Position numbers and translations under genes: made by a program. The notes under the pieces are model-generated. The model was given only the letters and a program-made list of their open reading frames with translations, was not told where the DNA came from and made no database searches. Positions 34,816 to 45,000 of a DNA stretch of 61,600 bases are shown here, in pieces (the stretch's first letter is position 1; the number at the start of each line of letters is the position of its first letter). Source of the stretch: a virus (Duplodnaviria; Caudoviricetes). Where the stretch lies: positions 1 through 61,600 of IMG/VR virus record IMGVR_UViG_3300037264_002513; one strand, 5' to 3'.

Positions 34816-36269
34816 CACCCACCTCCGCGGATCATGATATTGCAACCGATGATGCGCCACGGCACCGGATCCGTGACGACGAACTCGCCGACGATGTCCT
34901 CGCCAGACCCGCAGGCCCACCACCGGACGCGCTTCTCGTACTCCCAGATTTGTCCGATGCTGCGCGCCCGCGCCGGCCCCCAGGTTTTCCCGCCGTTCTT
35001 CGAGATCCGCATCGACATCACGGGGTCACTGCCGACCCCGCTGTAGGTCGCCACGCCGGCCTCGAGGAACACCTCGACGGAATCGAGCACGACGGTGTCG
35101 TGGTCCCGCCAGACCGAGGGCGTGACGCGGACCCGTCGGATCGGGAGTCCGTCGACATCCAGACCGAACGCCTCGGACACCTCGTAGATGGTGCCCGTCG
35201 TGCTGTCGAGCGCCAGGTGCTGGCCGAACGCGTGCACATGGTAGCGAGGCCGCCAGGCCACGAAGGTGTTGGACCCGCTGACCCAGGTGCCGCGCCGCGC
35301 CCAGGTCTGTGTGGACAAGTCGAGCGCCCACGTTACGTTCTGCGTCGGGAACGTGAGCAGATAGAACCAGTGCCCCGCCGACGCGTAGCTCGAGCCGTAG
35401 GCGTCGGTGATGACCGGGTACTGGTGCGTCGCCCACGCGAGCGCGTACGTGGAGACGACGTTGGGCGTGCCGCCGTTGACCATGACGATGCGGCCCTGGC
35501 CGTCGGCCGTCCGCTCCACCCAGAGGATGCCACCGCCGACCTCGCGCGCGGAGAACGGCGCCGCGCAGCCGAACGGCAGCAGGGCGCTGGGGATTGGCGC
35601 GAACGGGAAGGGGTAGGTGCCCGCGTTGTTCCAGACCTCAGAGGTTTCCTGGCCGAGCAGCCAGATCTCCCGCGAGGCCTTCGGGACGATCAGGCTCACC
35701 CACCGGTCTGGGGCCGTCGACCGCTGTGCGTACTGCGTCGGATCCCACGTTGTGGCGTCGCCCAGATCGCTCACGTAGAAGGTCGATGTCGCGGAGTCGA
35801 GAACGATGAAGTAGCCGTCCAGCATCGCGCACATCGTGTTGCCGATCTGCCGTTCGACCGTCAGCACGTTCGTCGTGAGGTCGTAGCTGTAGCCCACATC
35901 GCCGCTCGTGATGAAGAGCTGGCCGGCGAAGTCGCCGCCCCCGGCAATCGTGGCCGGGTTCGCGCCCACCTGGACCGTGCCGCGCGCGACGAGCGTGATC
36001 CCGCCACCCGTCACCGAGAGCGCCTCGTAGAACGTGCCGCCGATCACCGCGAAGGCGCGTCCGTTCTGCTCGAAGAACGCGCGGCCGGGTGTTTCCACTG
36101 GGGTCACGCGCGCCTCGACACCAGGCGTCGGGTACAGCGAGAACGGCGTCTTGCCGCCGATGACCTGGCGGGGCTCGGGATACCAGTTCACGCAGTCCTG
36201 CCCGTCGGCAATCACCGACTGGGACACGTTCGAGCCGCCGCAGTACATCGGCCAGGGGATAGAGGGCAT
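34815..36269 (-). CDS. P22 gp10-like tail hub / packaged DNA stabilisation protein
   Basis: CVNWYPE...LYPTPG, LDGYFI, SEVWNNAG..FPF, SKNGGKTWG..R.IG..EY..RVRW. Confidence 0.85.
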   Translation of the reverse strand: MPSIPWPMYCGGSNVSQSVIADGQDCVNWYPEPRQVIGGKTPFSLYPTPGVEARVTPVETPGRAFFEQNGRAFAVIGGTFYEALSVTGGGITLVARGTVQVGANPATIAGGGDFAGQLFITSGDVGYSYDLTTNVLTVERQIGNTMCAMLDGYFIVLDSATSTFYVSDLGDATTWDPTQYAQRSTAPDRWVSLIVPKASREIWLLGQETSEVWNNAGTYPFPFAPIPSALLPFGCAAPFSAREVGGGILWVERTADGQGRIVMVNGGTPNVVSTYALAWATHQYPVITDAYGSSYASAGHWFYLLTFPTQNVTWALDLSTQTWARRGTWVSGSNTFVAWRPRYHVHAFGQHLALDSTTGTIYEVSEAFGLDVDGLPIRRVRVTPSVWRDHDTVVLDSVEVFLEAGVATYSGVGSDPVMSMRISKNGGKTWGPARARSIGQIWEYEKRVRWWACGSGEDIVGEFVVTDPVPWRIIGCNIMIRGGG

Positions 36270-36270
36270 C

Positions 36271-37290
36271 TCAACTCCCCGAGTAAAGGTCGAAGCGTCC
36301 ACCGCCACGCAGCCCCGGCATCATCGGGTCCAGCGAGGCATCGACCGGGCGCCAGTTCGCCCGCTTGACCGCCGCCAGCGACTCCTTCGCCTTGCGCTCG
36401 ACGCGTGGTGACAGCGGGATGGCCGGGAAGTCGTCGGCCAGCTCCACCGCTAGGTTGTATCGCAACATGCGAGCCCACCCCTGCGGCAGCGCGTAGACCG
36501 TCGTGAGGTCCACGAACGTGCTGGGCGCCTCGGGCGTGTAGAGCACGAGGTCGGAGAGGTTGTTGTCGGGAACCGGGTCCAGATAGATCGTGCCCAGCCC
36601 AGCCGAGTGGGCCTGGTCATAGTAAATCTGGAACGGGTGCGACCCGGACGCGCCCTTCACTTGCAGCCCTTGCCACTGGGCAATCGTCATCGGGCGCCCG
36701 ATCGACATCTCCATCACGGGCGATGCCGAACGATTCGGCCGCACGCTGGCGCGGTCAATCCAGACCGGCCGCACCTGGTTGAAGTCGCCGCCCAGCCCGA
36801 TCGTGTAGGACGCCACGCCCGTCGAGAGCGGGTAGACGTGCCGGCCGATGGTGAAGATCGCGGCCCGCTCGAGGCCCAGGCTGTCGACGAAGTCGTCGAG
36901 CGCCACCTTGCCGGCGGCGAGATACTCGGCCTCCGGGGTGTCGATGACGCTCACCACGCCGAGCAGGCGCAGGGCCCGGGTGATGAGGTCGGTGGCGGAG
37001 GCGCCGGTCGGGCCTGGTACCGCGAGCTGCGATACGAGGATGGTGAATGACCGGTCGCCCGTGCGCCCGAGGTTCGTCACGATGTTATTCGTGCAGGTGT
37101 ACTCGATGCCGCTGGTCCCGGCGCTCAGCCACTGCGTAGTCGTGGTGTTGTCGTAGGACGCCACGCCTGCCGTGATGCCATCCGGCACGTCCCAGGTTGA
37201 GCTCGCAATCGTTTCGCCAGGCCCCAGCCACCCGGACCAGTCGAATCCGTAGTCGAGGTTGTCTGACGGGTCTTTCGTGAACAGGCTCAT
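36271..37290 (-). CDS. P22 gp4-like head-tail adaptor with N-terminal KDP..DY.FDW adaptor domain
   Basis: N-term KDPSDNLDYGFDWSGWL; C-term ATDLITRALRLLGV...LPQGWARMLRYNLAVEL. Confidence 0.75.
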   Translation of the reverse strand: MSLFTKDPSDNLDYGFDWSGWLGPGETIASSTWDVPDGITAGVASYDNTTTTQWLSAGTSGIEYTCTNNIVTNLGRTGDRSFTILVSQLAVPGPTGASATDLITRALRLLGVVSVIDTPEAEYLAAGKVALDDFVDSLGLERAAIFTIGRHVYPLSTGVASYTIGLGGDFNQVRPVWIDRASVRPNRSASPVMEMSIGRPMTIAQWQGLQVKGASGSHPFQIYYDQAHSAGLGTIYLDPVPDNNLSDLVLYTPEAPSTFVDLTTVYALPQGWARMLRYNLAVELADDFPAIPLSPRVERKAKESLAAVKRANWRPVDASLDPMMPGLRGGGRFDLYSGS

Positions 37291-39296
37291 GGCTCTTCCT
37301 CAACGATGACGATCCGGTCAGTGGGGCCGATCTCCAGCCGCCGCGAGTCCGGGGACACGACCACGATCCGCGTCGCGTCCGATACATAGGCGGAACGCAC
37401 CCCAGCCACCACGCGACCACCCGCGACCTTCCAGTGCGCGACGGCCGCGGTCGCGGTCGCGAACTGCTCGTGCGCGGAACTGGCATGACGCACCACCCAG
37501 TGTGCGACGGCCGCCGTGGCGATGCGCGTGATGTTTCCAGCCGCCGCCGTGGCGCTTGGCACGGCCCACACTGCAACCGCCGCCGTCGCGGCGCTGTCTG
37601 CCAAGTCCGCCGCGCTCGCCGCCGGCACCGTCCACGCGGCACTCACCATGGTCGCCGTGGCCGTCACGACCTGGGCGCTCAGCGTCGGCGGGTACAACTG
37701 CGCGGTGCTGGCGATCGGGGCCAGCATCGTCGTCCCGCCATGCTCGAGCGTCGGGGCGTACAGCTGCGCGCCCGAGGGGATCTGCGGCGGGAAGAGCGGG
37801 GCCTGCCCAGGAGCCTTGAACTTGATCCAGGACACTTGGACCTGTTCCCCGTTGGCAACGATGGCGACGTTCACGGCGCCCCAGTTACCGATAACGGTCC
37901 ACAGGGACTCGGGCATGACCAGGGGCAGCGAGGCAAGGTCGGGGGTCAGCCCCAGCGCCCAAGTGGCCCGCACCTCCTCCCCCTCAAGCAGCTGGGCGTA
38001 TGACCCAATCGGGGGCAGGGAGGGCGCATAGAGCACGGCCGTCGACGGCAGATGCGGCATCTCGATGATCGCCACGCCCATCGACGGGGCGAACATCTGC
38101 GCGCCCGACGCCAGGAACGGGAAGGCCAGGCCGGTGGCCGGGGCGGCCGGGGGCACCTCCACTTCGGTCCAGTCGAAATCCACCCGATCGCCGTCCGCGG
38201 TGACGCTCCCAGACAACGCGCCCCAGTCGGTAACGAGGGCCCGCTCCTCAAGCGAGAGCGTGACGGCATCAATCGCCCACGCGCTGCTCATGGGCAGCGT
38301 CCGGGCGAACACCAGTGCACCGGCGCTGTACATCTTCCCCACGTAGGCCGGCACGCTGGGCGCGAAGAGTTCGGCCAGAGACGCGATGTGCGGCAGGGTG
38401 ATGGCCTGCAGCCCAGGCCCCGCATGAGCCAGGGTGGGCGCGAAGAGTTCGGGCTGCCCGCTGATCAGAGGCAGGGCCAGCACCTGGGTCGACCCCGTCG
38501 CCGGCAACTCCACGGCAAACCAGTCCAGCTCGACCACGACCGACTCGTTGGCAATCCACGAGGCGCGGAGGACTGTCCAGTCGGTGATGCTGTCGCGCTC
38601 TGCCTGGGTGAGTTGCAGCGCCCCCAGCGTCAGCGTGTCGGCGAGGAGGACATCACGCGTGGCCCGCAACGTCGTGCTCTCGCGGAACTCGAGGACCGCT
38701 TTAGGCATCGACGGGGCGTAGACCTGTGACGCGGAGCTCAGGAACGGCAGCGAGATCCCAGCCGCCGGCTCCCCGGCTGCGGCGGAAGGAACCACCCAGT
38801 TGGCCGCTGCGGCGGTCGCTGTGGCGGTGATGGCCCCGATGACGATGCTGGCCGCGATGGTCTGCCACCACGCCACGCCCTTGCCATACGAGGGCTCGAC
38901 CGTCGCCGTGACGCCGCCAGGCGTGGCTGGGGCGGGCGGCACGACGTAGTGGGCGTCAACGGCGGTCGTCGCGCGCGTCACGCCGCCAGGCGTGGCCGTC
39001 GCCGACCGCACCACCCACGGGGCACTCGCCGCCGTGGCGCTGACCGTGATGACGTTCGCCGCCGACGCCGCCGGGACGACGTAGTGAGCGTCCACCGCCG
39101 TGGTGGACCGCGTCACTCCCCCGACCGCCGCCGACGCCGCCGGCACGACATAGTGCGAGGCGACCGCCGTCGCCGCGTGTGTCACCGCTCCTGGCGTCGC
39201 AGTCGCACTGGGCGCCACATAGGGCGCCATCGCCGCCGTCGCGGTGGCTTGCTGCGACCCCGCGCCGCTCGACTGCAGGAGGGTGAGGATACTCAT
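37287..39296 (-). CDS. repeat-rich structural protein (669 aa)
   Basis: Ala/Thr repeats (ATAV..HYVVP..SA), LP.I.S...L(Y/F)APS repeats and three ~65-aa beta-rich modules. Confidence 0.75.
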   Translation of the reverse strand: MSILTLLQSSGAGSQQATATAAMAPYVAPSATATPGAVTHAATAVASHYVVPAASAAVGGVTRSTTAVDAHYVVPAASAANVITVSATAASAPWVVRSATATPGGVTRATTAVDAHYVVPPAPATPGGVTATVEPSYGKGVAWWQTIAASIVIGAITATATAAAANWVVPSAAAGEPAAGISLPFLSSASQVYAPSMPKAVLEFRESTTLRATRDVLLADTLTLGALQLTQAERDSITDWTVLRASWIANESVVVELDWFAVELPATGSTQVLALPLISGQPELFAPTLAHAGPGLQAITLPHIASLAELFAPSVPAYVGKMYSAGALVFARTLPMSSAWAIDAVTLSLEERALVTDWGALSGSVTADGDRVDFDWTEVEVPPAAPATGLAFPFLASGAQMFAPSMGVAIIEMPHLPSTAVLYAPSLPPIGSYAQLLEGEEVRATWALGLTPDLASLPLVMPESLWTVIGNWGAVNVAIVANGEQVQVSWIKFKAPGQAPLFPPQIPSGAQLYAPTLEHGGTTMLAPIASTAQLYPPTLSAQVVTATATMVSAAWTVPAASAADLADSAATAAVAVWAVPSATAAAGNITRIATAAVAHWVVRHASSAHEQFATATAAVAHWKVAGGRVVAGVRSAYVSDATRIVVVSPDSRRLEIGPTDRIVIVEEEP

Positions 39297-39299
39297 CCG

Positions 39300-40094
39300 T
39301 TACCCCATGATCCGACGACGAGACAGGTACCGGCCGGGAGAGTGCGAGAGGGCGCAGAACGGGATGTACCCACGGATCGAGCACCGGTTCGTCTGCGAGC
39401 CCGTGGTGCTGAAGAACGTCGAGTTCGTCACGGTCTGCCCGAAATAGTTGACGGCAGCTCCAGAGGTGCTCGCGTTCCTGAACCCCGCCCAGACGTTGTA
39501 ACTGGGCGCGGCGGAGACGCCGTTGTCAAGCAGTTCGCTGTATCCGGTGGGCGCGGTCGCGGTCGGTACGGTGCCGCCGTTGGAACAGCCACACGCGATG
39601 ATCTCGACGCCTTGCGCGCCGTTGCCGCCGTTGCCCCAGCCGTTCTTCCAGGGGTCCCAGGTCATCGACCGCACATCGGTGAGGTCGACCCACATGTTGC
39701 CCGCCCCGCACCGAGCGCCCAGGTCGAACTGGATGGGCGCCTGTTGCCTGGCGGTATCGAGCCCCATCGTCAAGATGCCCGTGGCGCTGACCCAGTTCCC
39801 GGCGGTCGGGAGCGTGATGCCAACGCGGGTCGCGCCGGGACGCCGAGCGATGACAAAGTAGATCGCAAGGCCGATGTTGTTCGTCGCGTCGAACTGGCTC
39901 TCAACCTGCACCCAGCCTTCACCGGTATCGACCGCCCCCAGTTGATCGACGTTGGCATAGACCACCATCACCAGGGCCTGACCGACCGCGGTCTGTGCGG
40001 TCGTCGCAGAGGTCACTGCCGTAGACGCCGTCCCAGATTGGACGGCGCCCTCGGACAGCCTGATGCCGGGTGGGCCGTTCCAGTAGTAACTCAT
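39300..40094 (-). CDS. hypothetical structural protein
   Basis: 264-aa Gly/Thr/Ala-rich ORF tightly packed in structural operon. Confidence 0.7.
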   Translation of the reverse strand: MSYYWNGPPGIRLSEGAVQSGTASTAVTSATTAQTAVGQALVMVVYANVDQLGAVDTGEGWVQVESQFDATNNIGLAIYFVIARRPGATRVGITLPTAGNWVSATGILTMGLDTARQQAPIQFDLGARCGAGNMWVDLTDVRSMTWDPWKNGWGNGGNGAQGVEIIACGCSNGGTVPTATAPTGYSELLDNGVSAAPSYNVWAGFRNASTSGAAVNYFGQTVTNSTFFSTTGSQTNRCSIRGYIPFCALSHSPGRYLSRRRIMG

Positions 40095-40096
40095 CC

Positions 40097-40837
40097 TCAG
40101 TCCTGCAAGATACAGAGGGTCAGCGTCAGGTCACTCGAGGCGACGTACGTCGGGGTGCCGCGCGTCACCATCACCACATAGAGGCTCGTCCCGTTGCAGA
40201 CGATCGGCAACCCGACGTTCGTGAGCGTCGAGATCGAGTTGAGCGCGGTGGCGGGAAACGCGACGTTGTAGGCCCCGATGCTCACGATCCCCAGGCAGTA
40301 CGCCATGTCGGCATCGGAAATCGCCACGGGGGCCTGGTCCGCCTGGGCCGTGATCTGTCGGTCGAAGAACAGGAGGTCGAACGGCTGCCGCACCGCCGCG
40401 GTCTTGTCGAGCAGCAGGATGCTCTGGATCATGCCGCTGCCGCCGGCCACCCGCACGGCGTTGGCGAACTCGAGCGCGTTGCTACTCCCGCCGACCACGT
40501 CGCCCGACGCGTAGATGCTGGTCGAGATCGTCGGCGTGACCTGGATGCGCGTGACGACCGGCGCAGGACGCACCCAGGCGCGGCCCACGGCGTCGACCTC
40601 GAGTGGGGCGTAGTCAGCATCTGCGTCCGCGAGGGCCGCCGGGTTGTCCTTGCGGACGGCGAGCGCCATGATGCCGCCGTCGCCGGTGGTGTGCGCCACA
40701 TCTTCCGCGTGGCCGATCCCGGCCGTCGCGTCCGCGAGGGCCACGGCGAGCTTCATCCGCTGGTAGTGCGCCCCAGAGATGTCGTCGGTCGCGATGTTGG
40801 TGCCAGAACCTGCCGTGATCGGTACGTTGTCAGCCAT
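40097..40837 (-). CDS. hypothetical structural protein
   Basis: MADNVPITAGSGTNIATDD...HYQRMKL; AGGAGG RBS. Confidence 0.7.
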   Translation of the reverse strand: MADNVPITAGSGTNIATDDISGAHYQRMKLAVALADATAGIGHAEDVAHTTGDGGIMALAVRKDNPAALADADADYAPLEVDAVGRAWVRPAPVVTRIQVTPTISTSIYASGDVVGGSSNALEFANAVRVAGGSGMIQSILLLDKTAAVRQPFDLLFFDRQITAQADQAPVAISDADMAYCLGIVSIGAYNVAFPATALNSISTLTNVGLPIVCNGTSLYVVMVTRGTPTYVASSDLTLTLCILQD

Positions 40838-40893
40838 CCCTGCCTCCTACACACACCACCCAAGCGCCCGGTAGAGCCACCGCCAGGGCGGGG

Positions 40894-41295
40894 CTACTTC
40901 TTCACAACAGGGACGCCCCCCGGTGACCCCGGCACACGCACGAAAGGGTTGCTGGGCAAGCTCCACTCCGAGTAGAGCGTCCCCGCGCGCGCCCGCACCT
41001 TCGCGGTGTACTCCGCGAAGGGGAGCGGCATCACGTTGATCGACGCCTCGACACACGGGACGGGCGACGAGCAGGTCGGGACGGTATCGGGGGCCGGCTT
41101 CCCCAGGTCAGTCGTGCCGACCGGGCTGGTCGCCCCCGACAGGAACCACCCGACCTCGTAGACCGTGATGCTCTGGTGGTCGGGGCTCGCCGTGAAGTTG
41201 ATGAGACGAGGGTTCGGCACGCTCTGCGCGAACGCCGCCGCCGCGAGCAGCCCCAAGACCAGTGCCAACAGGCCGATGAACAGTGGTCGCTTCAT
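40894..41295 (-). CDS. signal-peptide-bearing FN3/Ig-like protein
   Basis: MKRPLFIGLLALVLGLLAAAAFA|Q; Y..KVRA....YSEWS FN3-like C-terminus. Confidence 0.7.
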   Translation of the reverse strand: MKRPLFIGLLALVLGLLAAAAFAQSVPNPRLINFTASPDHQSITVYEVGWFLSGATSPVGTTDLGKPAPDTVPTCSSPVPCVEASINVMPLPFAEYTAKVRARAGTLYSEWSLPSNPFVRVPGSPGGVPVVKK

Positions 41296-41304
41296 CGCGA
41301 CTCC

Positions 41305-41748
41305 CTATGGCTGCTGGTCGAGATAGAACCAGGCCGTGAACGGCGAGGTCGGACAGGTCACGGTGATGTTGCCCCCGTTGGGCGTCACCTCGGTGATCTC
41401 GACACACGCCAGGGGGAGGCAGTTCGCGTCGCCACCCGCGACGTACTTGTAGATCGCCATCCGGTTGCACGCCCCCGCCCCGATCTCCGCCGCCGTGAAG
41501 AGCGCGTCGGAGCTGGCGTACTTGATGACATCGTAGGTGTTGTCCTGCGTCGGCCCCGACTTGCCACCCAGCGTACAGGTGCAGTTGGGATAGGTGCCGA
41601 TGACCACCCCGATGCCAGACATCGTGGCCGCATCGACACTGGGCGCCCCGGCCGCGGTGGTGATGAGGCGGGCGTTGATGGTATCGCTGCCCCAGTTCGT
41701 GGAGCCGGTCAGCTGGAACGCGCCGGTGTTGAAAAGAAATCCCGCCAT
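41305..41748 (-). CDS. minor structural/tail protein (paralog of 47824-48231)
   Basis: WGSDTINARL...VTPNGGNITV. Confidence 0.7.
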   Translation of the reverse strand: MAGFLFNTGAFQLTGSTNWGSDTINARLITTAAGAPSVDAATMSGIGVVIGTYPNCTCTLGGKSGPTQDNTYDVIKYASSDALFTAAEIGAGACNRMAIYKYVAGGDANCLPLACVEITEVTPNGGNITVTCPTSPFTAWFYLDQQP

Positions 41749-41803
41749 CGCTCACTCCTTGCGCCGCCGCGGGCGCGATGTCTGGCCTCAGGCCAGCCCG
41801 TCG

Positions 41804-41998
41804 TTACCGGCCCTTCTTGGCCTTCTTCTTCGCCTCGCCGTTGTCCTCGAGCTCGTCCTCGTCCACCGCCGCGACGTAGGCGTCGGCCTCCGCCTGGTTG
41901 TCGAACCACCCCGGCCCCAGCAGTTGCGCCTCGACCTCATCGACGACTTTGGCCGGCTCCGTCTTGTGATACCGCCAACTCGGGAACTTCACCACCAT
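41804..41998 (-). CDS. small hypothetical protein
   Basis: FPSWRYH...LGPGWFD; GGAGG RBS. Confidence 0.6.
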   Translation of the reverse strand: MVVKFPSWRYHKTEPAKVVDEVEAQLLGPGWFDNQAEADAYVAAVDEDELEDNGEAKKKAKKGR

Positions 41999-42007
41999 GA
42001 CATCCTC

Positions 42008-45000
42008 CTACACTGTGATCGTCTGATTCGTCGCCTGCGCCAGCGCGGTTTCGACCGTGCCGCTGGGATAGATGACCTTCACGTCGACCGATGTCGCCGG
42101 CCCCAGGCCGACATGGATCGGCAGCTTGCCGCCGACCGACGTGCCCTCGCCGCCCACGGACATGTGAACCGGTGAACCCGGGGTGTTGTTGACCGTGACG
42201 CCGAGCAAATACGCGGCCTCCCCGATGTGCCCCGCCGTGTAGACCTCGACACGCGCGTCGATGCCGACCTTGTTCTGCGTGTCGCCCGACAGGTGGACGT
42301 TGATCCAGTTCCCCGCCGCGGGCGTCTTGTTGAGCCAGACCTTGATGATGCCGAGCGTGCCGGTGTCCAGGCCGATGAGGTCGAGGCGCCCATCGCCGTC
42401 GACATCGACCGGCACCCAGCACTCGATGTAGCCGGGGCCAGAGGGGCGCAGCGCCCTGACGTACTGGTCGTTCTGGTTCTGATAGAGGCAGGAGTTGTAC
42501 CCGAACCTTCCGCCCTTGAGCAGGATCTCAACCTTGCCGTCCTCATCGAAGTCGGCCACATCTGAGAGCGTGTCTTCCGGCCGCACCTGTGCAGCCAGGT
42601 CGTTCGCGAGCTGGTCGACCTGGCGGGTCAGGGCCGCGGCGCCCGTGTTGCGGTAGATGCCTCCGGTTGGGCAGTCGGTCAGCAAGAGGTCGGGGTAGCC
42701 GTTGCGGTTGAAGTCGTACACGCCCGCCAAGTACCAGCGGTAGGTCGGCAACCCGAGTTCCGCCGTGACATCCGACCACAGGCCACCCACAAGGCGCAGC
42801 GCATAACTCAGCTGGGGGTGCTCATGGAACGTGTAGCCCTCGCCAAAGGAGACGAAGACGATCTCCCCGATGGCGCCGCCCATGGCGACCTTGCGACAGG
42901 TCGGGTAGGTCAGCTGGCCGTAGCACAGTATGTCCTGGGTGCCCGCCTCAACGAAGGCGATAGCAGAACCGCCTTGGGTGAGCGCCAGCCGGAACGTCCC
43001 GAGCCCGTACGCGTTCTTGTCCCGCACCCAGTAGTCGGTCCCGGCGCTGATGTTCGAGGGAAGCGCCCCCCCGCCGCCCGCGCGGAACCGGACCTTCTTG
43101 TTGTTCGCCATCTGGGTACCGGGCCAGGTGACGAGCAGGGTGCCCGCTTGGTCGGAGAACGTCACCATGCCGACGTACTCCATGACCGAGAGCCGCATCG
43201 CTTCGGTGAAGGGAATCCACTCTCCCGACCCCGGACTGGTCGACTCGGTGAACGTGCCGTCCTGGTCGTTCTGGTAGACACTGAAGCTGTCGCCAAGGGT
43301 CAGCAGCCCCACGATGTCGATCCACCCGTCGCTCGTGGTGTCATGCTGGCGGATCTGGGAGTAGCCGATGTCGAGGGCCTGGATGTTGAACCGGCCGGTC
43401 CCGTCATTCAGCGCCACCCTGGCCGTGCCCTCGTCGGTCGGCGAGATGATGTCCGGGTACCCGTCGTTGTTGACATCACCAACGTGGGGCGACCCGTCCG
43501 CGATGATGTCGAGGAAGCTCCCGACGAGCTCGCGCGTGGGCGTCTCGTTGGCCCAGCGAGGGAAACCGAGTCCGTCGAGGCCCTGATGGATGAGCACGGC
43601 CGACCCCGGCACGCCGTGGTGCGCCACCACGAGGTCGGCACGGCCGCTGCCGGTGAGATCCGCCGCGCAGACCGCCGCCGGCCACCAACGGTACGGGCGC
43701 GTCGGGTCACCCGGGTAGGGGTCCACCAACGCCCTGGCGTCGTACCACGCCTGCATGATCTCGGTCAGCCCCGTCAGGCCGGTGATCTCTTCGAAGACGA
43801 GCGGACCCGGGGGCAGCGGCGTCGTCGTCCGCGCGCGTACCGTGAGGACGCAGTCGCCGGGAAGCGGGCGGTTGAGGCCCGGGAGCGTCATCACCACCGC
43901 TTCGCCCACCGGGTAAGCCGGCGAGGTGATGAAGTCCGCGTCTGATGGGGTGTCTGGCTCATCGACGAGCGCCGACAGGTCGCCGCCCACGCTGCCCGTC
44001 CAGCCGCCGTCAGACACATCGTCGCCGGGATAGACCACCTGGTCGTTCGCGGGAGTTGGCACCTCGACCCAGCCGCGGATGATCGTGGGCAGCGAGAAGT
44101 TCGCCGCCTGCATCAACCCGAACTGGTACATCGAGTGGTTGAACATCCAGCTGACGCGGCGCGAGTTCAAGCCGTGCGCCGCCGCCTTGGAGTGACCCAC
44201 GGTGGTGCTGGCGATGTAGGAGTCGATGGACGCCTGTCCGCCCGCGTATGCCACCGCCAATCGAGATTGGATATGGTAGGTGCCGGGAGGGCGCGACGGG
44301 TCAGTGTAGATCCAGTCGTCGGTGAAGGTGGTCATGAAGCTCTTCGACACGTACGACAGCTCATGGTGCATCGCCTCGACGCACTCACGCTCTGTATCGA
44401 AGGGCGTCATCGCCCCCTCGTCGAGCTCCGGCCGACGCACGAGGCTCCGCTGGGCCGCGGCGGTCAACGCGCTGTTGTCCGGGGCGTGCTGATCCTCCGC
44501 CCCGTCGGGCGCCCGGTTGAACCCGCTGGCCTTCGCCGCCTCGTAGGCGGCGGTCCTCGCCGCCCCAAACGCAGCGAGGTACCAGTCCGGGGTCGGTTGC
44601 ACGGTGACGGCGTTGTCGATGAACTTCCCCACCCCATAGAGCCCCACGGCGATGCGTCCCACCGGAGGGGCATCGGGCTCGAGCTTCGGCGCGAGGAAGG
44701 TGTCGTTCCCCCAGGTGGTGTACGCCTTGTACGTGAGGCCGGAATCGCGCATCCCCCGTCCGAGCCTGATGAAGATCTCGTCGACGCGCGGATCGTTGCT
44801 CTGCTCTTGGTACGACAGCAGCGGCGCGACGACCAGAGAACTCATCCAGGGCGACCAGTGCGGGTGCATCGCGTTGGACTCGGCAGCCTGGGCTCCGTTC
44901 TTGATCCATGCGTTCTGGGGCGGATGCCGATATGTCACCCCGTTGTACACGTAGGGCACGGTGATCGCGTCGAGCGTCGCCTGGTCTTGGGTGCTGATGT

